Source: a virus
Length of the DNA: 37,149 nucleotides
Strand: one strand, 5' to 3'
UHGV virus genome: UHGV-0075871
The stretch's first letter is position 1. The number at the start of each line of letters is the position of its first letter. Below the pieces are notes generated by a model. It was given only the letters and a program-made list of their open reading frames with translations, made no database searches and was not told where the DNA came from. Both the position numbers and the translations under genes were made by a program. This document shows positions 27,050-32,519 of this stretch, one piece after another.

Positions 27050-29524
27050 ATGAGACAGGAATGTATACAAGCGGTCCAGCAGGCGGCGCAGCGCACGTTA
27101 ACGGCGCGAGAAATACAGAACATTGAAGACCGCATTTATCGAAATATGCGCTCCATTGCTCGTGATGACCCGATGTCGTGGCGACAACTTTCCGAATCAG
27201 AACGGTTGTATCGTGCAGCACAATTGGCATCTGAAGAATTACAGCGAGAAGCGGCATTAAAGAAACGTCGTGTGGCCCTCACTATAGCCGCACGTCAGAG
27301 ATTGGATAAATTTATCAATAGCTATCAAGGGGCTGATGGGAAACTTGGCGCTCTTAACCGTACTATTGCTTTTAATGCAGACGGTAAATCGAATTTCCTC
27401 TCTGTTGAATCCAGAACAAAAGCCACTCGTGATTATGCATTGAGTCAATTGCAGGAGGCATTTGAAGCAGTTGATCCTCGCTTTTTTGGCCTGTTTGAAG
27501 ATGAAGCGGGCGTGCGTGACCTGGTATATGAAATGCGAGGGCAAAATACTGGCAATGCTAAAGCAAGAAAAGGTGCTAAGGCGTGGAGAGAAGTGACAGA
27601 TCTACTGCGCCGCCGGTTTAATGATGCTGGTGGGGACATTGGCTATCTCGAAAACTGGGGGATCCCTCAACATCATTCTATGGAAAAGGTTGGGGCGGTA
27701 TCAAAAGATAAATGGGTTAGCGATGTTATAGGTAAGCTGGATCGCAAATATTATACCCGAGCCGATGGACAACTGATGAACGATGCCGAGTTGTCTGCAT
27801 TTCTTGGAGAGGCTTATAACACGATCGCTACTGGTGGGCTGAATAAGCTTACTGATACCGGAATGCGAATTTCCGGCGCACGTGCTAACCGTGGTAATGC
27901 ATCACGACAGATACATTTCAAAGATGCAGATTCCTATCTGCAATATCAGCAACTTTATGGCGATCGCTCTCTATGGGAAATCATGGTCGGTCACCTTGAA
28001 GGTATCAGTAAAGATATTGCACTGGTGGAAACATATGGCCCAAACCCCGATCATGTTTTCCGCTCTCTTCTTGATCAGGTGAAGGCAGAAACGGCAACAG
28101 CTAACCCGAGTAAAACCGGTAAAGTCGAGCGGCTGGCGAACAACACAGAGAATCTGTACAACTTTATTTCCGGAAAGACACAGCCTGTAGCGAATCCGCA
28201 CATCGCGCGATGGTCTGACAATATCCGCAACTGGCTGGTTGCCAGCAGACTCGGATCCGCGTTGCTGTCATCGTTCTCTGATCTTGGAACCATGTATCTG
28301 TCTGCGAAGGTGACCAACCTTCCAATGAACCAGTTATTCCGCAACCAGCTTGAAGCTATGGACCCAACGAACCGTACAGAACTTGCGCGGGCGCGCCGCG
28401 CTGGTCTGGCGATGGAATCTCTACTTGGCAGCGTTAACCGCTGGGCGATGGATAATATGGGGCCGTCTGTGTCTCGTTGGGCTGCAACGGCGGTAATGCG
28501 TGCCAGTGGGCTTACAGCATGGTCAGATGCGCACAAGCGCGCCTATGGCGTAACCATGATGGGAAGCCTGGGAGAAGTAGTGTCACGGACACCAGACCTT
28601 CGTAGCCTCGATGATTCTGATTTTCGTATCCTGAAAAGCAAAGGGATTACTGACACAGACTGGAGCGTATGGAAGCTGGCGCAACAGGAGGACTGGGGGA
28701 ACGGCAATAATACGATGCTGACACCGGAAAGCATTATGCGTATCCCTGATTCAGCAGTTAAACATCTTGGTGAGCCTGAACGCGTGAAATTTGAGGCAAT
28801 GCGTAAACTGCTCGGTGCCGTAACTGAAGAAGTTGATATGGCTGTTATTACACCGGGAGCACGTGAGCAACTGATAACCGGTTCTGGTATTCAGCGTGGA
28901 ACATGGAAAGGTGAATTAACGAGAAGTGTTTTCCTGTTTAAATCGTTCCCTATCTCGGTGGTTATGCGTCACTGGTCACGCGCTATGGGTATGCCGTCTG
29001 CTGGTGGGCGTGCGGCATATATTGCGACGTTTATTGCCAGTACGACCATTCTTGGCGCTTTGTCGCAGCAACTTAACGACCTTGCGTCTGGTCGTAATCC
29101 TCGCGAGATGACAGGAGAAGATGCTGCTAAATTTTGGCTTGGTGCTCTACTGAAAGGTGGTGGTCTTGGCCTTTACGGTGACTTTTTATTGTCAGATCAC
29201 ACTAGTTACGGAAGCGGCGCGCTGGCGTCGATGCTTGGCCCGGTAGCTGGTCTGGTTGATGACGTAGTGAAGATTGCTCAGGGCATACCGTTAAATGCTG
29301 TGGAAGGGAAGAGTGAGCAGACTGGTGGTGATCTGGTGAAGCTGGGGAAAGGTTTGATGCCAGGTGCGAATCTCTGGTACTTAAAGGCGGCTCTCGATCA
29401 TATGATCTTTAACCAGATGCAGGAGTATTTTTCACCAGGCTATTTGCGTAAAATGGAGCAACGTTCGAAGAAAGAGTTTAACCAGACATACTGGTGGCGA
29501 CCTCAGGATGTCACTCCGCAATAA
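27050..29524 (+). CDS. internal virion / DNA-ejection protein (largest)
   Basis: 824 aa; third member of the ejection-protein trio. Confidence 0.65.
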   Translation: MRQECIQAVQQAAQRTLTAREIQNIEDRIYRNMRSIARDDPMSWRQLSESERLYRAAQLASEELQREAALKKRRVALTIAARQRLDKFINSYQGADGKLGALNRTIAFNADGKSNFLSVESRTKATRDYALSQLQEAFEAVDPRFFGLFEDEAGVRDLVYEMRGQNTGNAKARKGAKAWREVTDLLRRRFNDAGGDIGYLENWGIPQHHSMEKVGAVSKDKWVSDVIGKLDRKYYTRADGQLMNDAELSAFLGEAYNTIATGGLNKLTDTGMRISGARANRGNASRQIHFKDADSYLQYQQLYGDRSLWEIMVGHLEGISKDIALVETYGPNPDHVFRSLLDQVKAETATANPSKTGKVERLANNTENLYNFISGKTQPVANPHIARWSDNIRNWLVASRLGSALLSSFSDLGTMYLSAKVTNLPMNQLFRNQLEAMDPTNRTELARARRAGLAMESLLGSVNRWAMDNMGPSVSRWAATAVMRASGLTAWSDAHKRAYGVTMMGSLGEVVSRTPDLRSLDDSDFRILKSKGITDTDWSVWKLAQQEDWGNGNNTMLTPESIMRIPDSAVKHLGEPERVKFEAMRKLLGAVTEEVDMAVITPGAREQLITGSGIQRGTWKGELTRSVFLFKSFPISVVMRHWSRAMGMPSAGGRAAYIATFIASTTILGALSQQLNDLASGRNPREMTGEDAAKFWLGALLKGGGLGLYGDFLLSDHTSYGSGALASMLGPVAGLVDDVVKIAQGIPLNAVEGKSEQTGGDLVKLGKGLMPGANLWYLKAALDHMIFNQMQEYFSPGYLRKMEQRSKKEFNQTYWWRPQDVTPQ

Positions 29525-29533
29525 GGAAGTGTT

Positions 29534-29707
29534 GTGTTTTTAATTATTTTGAGTGTGATAATTTCTGGTGGGTTGTTATTTATTGACCGCTACAAATATT
29601 TTCTTAACCCTCAGACTCAAGCTATTTGCTGGTTCATCTTTGTTGTGCAGGGAATAGTTCTTGTTGCAAGCCTTATTGAGGGGAGGCCTCTGATTTTTAC
29701 TGGGTAA
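29534..29707 (+). CDS. small two-helix membrane protein (candidate)
   Basis: Not in the ORF track (<60 aa); GTG at 29534 four nt after AAGGAAG; predicted product has two hydrophobic helices (FLIILSVIISGGLLFI and AICWFIFVVQGIVLVASLI). Confidence 0.35.
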   Translation: MFLIILSVIISGGLLFIDRYKYFLNPQTQAICWFIFVVQGIVLVASLIEGRPLIFTG

Positions 29708-29719
29708 ATAGGTGACTAC

Positions 29720-30016
29720 ATGCAAGCTATAGGATTCATTGTTTATATCGTCGTTGGTCTTTTTCAGTTGGCAGCAATTATGGCTGGGCTTGAATCATGG
29801 TGGGGATTGCACTGGATAATTGCAGCCCCCATTGCTTTCATCGTGAGCTATATTCCATTTGTTGGAGCGATTGTTGGTATGGTTGGCGCTGTGGATGTAT
29901 GGCGGTGGGAGTGGTGGCAGGCTGGCATTCTCTTCTTTGGTGGGATCATCTTTGCTGTTGTCTGCGGTGGAATGTCATCATTTTTCGAATGGCTATCATT
30001 CAGAAAAGGGACGTGA
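29720..30016 (+). CDS. small multi-pass membrane protein (Trp-rich), candidate superinfection-exclusion function
   Basis: 98 aa, about three hydrophobic helices and a WRWEWWQ motif; stop codon inside the palindrome GTGACATGTCAC, followed by a terminator. Confidence 0.6.
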   Translation: MQAIGFIVYIVVGLFQLAAIMAGLESWWGLHWIIAAPIAFIVSYIPFVGAIVGMVGAVDVWRWEWWQAGILFFGGIIFAVVCGGMSSFFEWLSFRKGT

Positions 30017-30025
30017 CATGTCACA

Positions 30026-30049
30026 GGCCGCTTTCGCGGCCTTGTTTTT
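30026..30049 (+). terminator. rho-independent terminator after the membrane-protein genes
   Basis: GGCCGC-TTTC-GCGGCC followed by TTGTTTTT. Confidence 0.65.
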
Positions 30050-30209
30050 AACGAATGCCACCGCCACCCGGGCGGGAATCCGCAGAACGCCCACCGCAGC
30101 GGGAGCCGTCAGCGGCAGTATCGCTGTCGTGCTGACAACGACCGGCAAAAGCCTGAGTTGAAGCTACCAGAGACAACAAAACGAACAGTGCAGCAAATGC
30201 TTTTTTCAT
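30048..30209 (-). CDS. small secreted peptide (candidate)
   Basis: Internal ATG of ORF 30048..30281 gives MKKAFAALFVLLSLVASTQAFA-GRCQ..., a classic Sec signal peptide with AXA cleavage site; plausible promoter TTGACG-16-TATAGA upstream; weak RBS; mature part Gly/Arg-rich and GC-rich, so uncertain. Confidence 0.3.
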   Translation of the reverse strand: MKKAFAALFVLLSLVASTQAFAGRCQHDSDTAADGSRCGGRSADSRPGGGGIR

Positions 30210-30303
30210 TGTGAAATTTCCATCTATAAGCCACCTCAATGTGGCGTCAATGAGTGTAGCACTGACTTTTGTTTCGTCCACAAAAAAAGCCCGCAGCGCT
30301 GGC

Positions 30304-30843
30304 TTACCAAAACTTGTACCACGGGGATTTATCCTTCAATGGGCAATCCTTCCATCGTGTGGCCAACCATTCATATTCTTTAAAATATGTGTTTATGTTT
30401 TCTTTTTCTCTAATGGCTTGTATAAGAGGTAGCGCAATCTGATAGTTATTTACAACGGAGCTGTAAAATACTTCCTTAATCATGGTCTCATCATAAGTTT
30501 TCCGCTTCACGCTCACAGCCATGCGTTCGTAGAAACCTAGACAGTAAATTATTTCTCTCTTCTCTGTCTTTTCTTCATCCGTAAGATCAGCCTGCCCATT
30601 GCTTGGATACATATAAGAGCGGAATGATTTGTTCGACTCGTGAATGCGGCGCATAGTAGATAGGCCTTTCTTATAATCTACATCAAACCTGCTTTCACCA
30701 AGGAATACTGAAGTGTGTACTTTTCTCGCTGTATTTACATTATAAATAATAGTAGCGATAGCTATGAACAAGCCAAGCGAAACCGCGACTGCACTTACGA
30801 TTTGAGCCACAGCCATGGCAAATTGCATTTCTTCACTTAACAC
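30304..30843 (-). CDS. moron: single-pass membrane protein, function unknown
   Basis: 179 aa; N-terminal hydrophobic helix (MAVAQIVSAVAVSLGLFIAIATIIY) then a soluble Lys/Glu/Tyr-rich domain; lower GC than neighbours; opposite strand; own leader with a 10-codon ORF and hairpin. Confidence 0.65.
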   Translation of the reverse strand: MLSEEMQFAMAVAQIVSAVAVSLGLFIAIATIIYNVNTARKVHTSVFLGESRFDVDYKKGLSTMRRIHESNKSFRSYMYPSNGQADLTDEEKTEKREIIYCLGFYERMAVSVKRKTYDETMIKEVFYSSVVNNYQIALPLIQAIREKENINTYFKEYEWLATRWKDCPLKDKSPWYKFW

Positions 30844-30902
30844 AAACTGTCTCCAGACATGAAAACGGGGCCTGATGGCCCCGTCATTAAACTATCCGAA
30901 TG

Positions 30903-30935
30903 TTAAACGCCTTCGTACTCGTCAAATTTTCTCAT
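30903..30935 (-). other. 10-codon leader ORF (MRKFDEYEGV) with strong RBS, followed by a hairpin
   Basis: On the minus strand GGAGGAG, 5 nt, ATG, 10 codons, stop; then after about 18 nt the hairpin ACGGGGCC-ATCA-GGCCCCGT (30865..30884) followed by TTTC; lies between an operator-like site and the moron start. Confidence 0.3.
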
Positions 30936-30972
30936 GTGGGCTCCTCCTGTATCGGTGCCTAATCGCTATGGA

Positions 30973-30987
30973 TCACCCGTAAGGTAA
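30973..30987. promoter_or_regulatory. variant operator-like palindrome TCACC-N5-GGTAA
   Basis: TCACCCGTAAGGTAA upstream (minus-strand sense) of the leader ORF and moron. Confidence 0.35.
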
Positions 30988-31059
30988 TAGTACTCTATTC
31001 ACCCCCCGGTCTGCAATCGTACAGGATTATTTAAAGGCACATCCCTGTGCCGCCGCCCG

Positions 31060-31752
31060 TCAGAAGAACCCAGCCTTGTCGTTGATGTACTCCGCGTGCG
31101 TCTGGATATCACGCAGGCATTTGCTCACACCAACGATGTAGCAGAACATGGTGGTCAGCTCCGCCGCCGCGCCCGATACGTCGTGCCCGTCGTCCTGTAA
31201 CTGGTTCAGCAGATTCATCAGCAGTGAGTTCTCCGTCAGGCCGAGAACACCAGACGGAGAATGAATCAGGCTACGGTAGCCGGGCTTCAGTGGAGCACTG
31301 TAGGTTTTGTTCTCTATCTTCATCGCCTGCATTACTGCTGACGCCGTGGCGTTGGCTACCTGGTCGGCAACCATCTTTATGCGTTCTTCCTGCGGTAGCG
31401 AGTTTTTAATGTAACTTCCGGTGCGGCGGATCTGAGGAAGAACCTCGCCTGTAACCCATTCAAGAAATCTGAATGCTCTCGTTCCCTCAGTCATTGCCTC
31501 TTTGCAACGCAGAATAAGGATGTAGAGACCTGATTCTGAAACGATGGATAGTTCTTGTATTCCACCAGGGGTCTGTATTGAATACAGCCCCTTTTTGTTC
31601 CAGCCTTTTTTATCAAGTTTTCTCGCTTGTGTAACATCAATATTCAAAGCATTGCACACATCTTTGGTGACAAACCAAGGTTCTCCGTCAATCATGAACA
31701 TACGGATCTGGCAGGATGACTCAAAGGAAAAGATGGAAGGTTTGGTATTCAT
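31060..31752 (-). CDS. antirepressor-type protein with Bro-N-like N-terminal domain
   Basis: ORF track 31060..31797; start moved to MNTKPSIFSF with AAGGTG RBS; N-terminal FESSCQIRMFMIDGEPWFVTKDVCNALNI resembles Bro-N; C-terminal ~85 aa paralogous to the small gene at 32067..32324. Confidence 0.7.
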   Translation of the reverse strand: MNTKPSIFSFESSCQIRMFMIDGEPWFVTKDVCNALNIDVTQARKLDKKGWNKKGLYSIQTPGGIQELSIVSESGLYILILRCKEAMTEGTRAFRFLEWVTGEVLPQIRRTGSYIKNSLPQEERIKMVADQVANATASAVMQAMKIENKTYSAPLKPGYRSLIHSPSGVLGLTENSLLMNLLNQLQDDGHDVSGAAAELTTMFCYIVGVSKCLRDIQTHAEYINDKAGFF

Positions 31753-31778
31753 GGCGATCACCTTTGTAGTTAGGTTAA

Positions 31779-31811
31779 TCACCACCGCTGAGACCAATCA
31801 GATGGTGGTGA
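31779..31811 (-). other. stem-loop in the 5' leader of the Bro-N gene with hexaloop GACCAA (plus-strand sense)
   Basis: TCACCACCGCTGA-GACCAA-TCAGATGGTGGTGA; imperfect 12-bp stem; same loop sequence as the hairpin at 31949..31964. Confidence 0.4.
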
Positions 31812-31904
31812 ACTGTGCAGAGTTGGTCTTACCGGCTACAAAGGAACCCGGCGCACCTTTCGGTGCCCCCACACAGCCCACCATAGAATAGGTGCGCTTT
31901 ACAC

Positions 31905-31994
31905 ATAAAAAAAACCGCTTATGCGGCATATGTGCCTCTGTAGTAATCCGGGAGACCAATCCCGGCACTGGATTTTGCCAGTGCCCGATTACTA
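31905..31994 (-). ncRNA. candidate structured RNA element / small RNA between the two antirepressor genes
   Basis: Outer 8-bp stem TAGTAATC/GATTACTA (31941..31948 with 31987..31994) enclosing hairpins CGGGA-GACCAA-TCCCG and GCACTGG-ATTTTG-CCAGTGC; in minus-strand sense followed by short hairpin CCGC-ATAA-GCGG and T8 (31907..31926); operator palindrome just upstream. Confidence 0.25.
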
Positions 31995-32020
31995 TGGCAC
32001 AAGAGGAGTGCGATGTAAAT

Positions 32021-32035
32021 TTACCTCAAAGGTAA
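32021..32035. promoter_or_regulatory. TTACC-N5-GGTAA operator-like palindrome
   Basis: TTACCTCAAAGGTAA between the two antirepressor-type genes. Confidence 0.5.
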
Positions 32036-32066
32036 ATATAAGCACTCCACTTGGTAATTGCAAACC

Positions 32067-32324
32067 TTATCTGGTTTGTTTTCGTAATTGTTCGGCACAA
32101 TAGTCGAGATGTGTTTGCAGATCCCGCATAGACATCTGTGAGCTGGTGACGTAGTTAATCAGTGCAGTCAGTTCGGCAAGTGGGCCATCGACATTAAATC
32201 CATCCTTATCGAGATCCCGGAGTAATTTCATCAAGTGCGATCCCTCCACCAGTGACCTGACGCCTCCCGGCGTGTGAATCCTTTCGGTAAATCCGTCTTC
32301 CAGTGGATAGTGATACCGCTGCAT
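32067..32324 (-). CDS. small antirepressor-domain protein (paralogue of the Bro-N protein C-terminus), LexA-controlled
   Basis: ORF track 32067..32342 (TTG start); likely start at the ATG (MQRYHYP...) with GGAGAAG RBS; IHTPGGVRSLVEGSHLMKLLRDLDKDGFNVDGPLAELT...MRDLQTHLDY parallels the C-terminal region of the 31060..31752 product; LexA box about 20 nt upstream. Confidence 0.6.
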   Translation of the reverse strand: MQRYHYPLEDGFTERIHTPGGVRSLVEGSHLMKLLRDLDKDGFNVDGPLAELTALINYVTSSQMSMRDLQTHLDYCAEQLRKQTR

Positions 32325-32345
32325 CTTATCTTCTCCATGCAATAA

Positions 32346-32361
32346 CTGTATATTTATACAG
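32346..32361. promoter_or_regulatory. LexA (SOS) box
   Basis: AACTGTATATTTATACAGTA: CTGT-N8-ACAG with an AT-rich spacer, near-consensus. Confidence 0.7.
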
Positions 32362-32400
32362 TATCAAATAATTTGTTTGCTATCCAGCACGTTTTGCAAA

Positions 32401-32415
32401 TTACCATAAAGGTAA
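32401..32415. promoter_or_regulatory. TTACC-N5-GGTAA operator-like palindrome
   Basis: TTACCATAAAGGTAA in the divergent spacer between the small antirepressor gene and the tailspike gene. Confidence 0.5.
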
Positions 32416-32519
32416 TATCTATTGGTATTTATAGTCTTTCTATACATATATGGTTTTTCAGGTAATAGAATAACCAGATATGCGGCGCAACGGGTGCTGC
32501 GACTATCTGGAGATTTAAC

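Noticed and set aside
29859-30161. 100-aa + strand ORF, and the full-length 77-aa minus ORF 30048..30281
   Set aside because: The + ORF overlaps the upstream membrane gene and the terminator hairpin. For the minus ORF only the internal Met with the signal-peptide-like sequence was kept, and that at low confidence.
30277-30305. Possible terminator downstream of the second moron (AGCC-loop-GGCT plus A7 run on + strand)
   Set aside because: The stem is only 4 bp around the palindromic core CAGCGCTG and overlaps the gene stop codon; too weak to call as a feature.
31921-32103. 60-aa + strand ORF between the antirepressor genes
   Set aside because: The region is dominated by nested inverted repeats, an operator palindrome and a T-run, and is better explained as a regulatory or RNA element on the minus strand.
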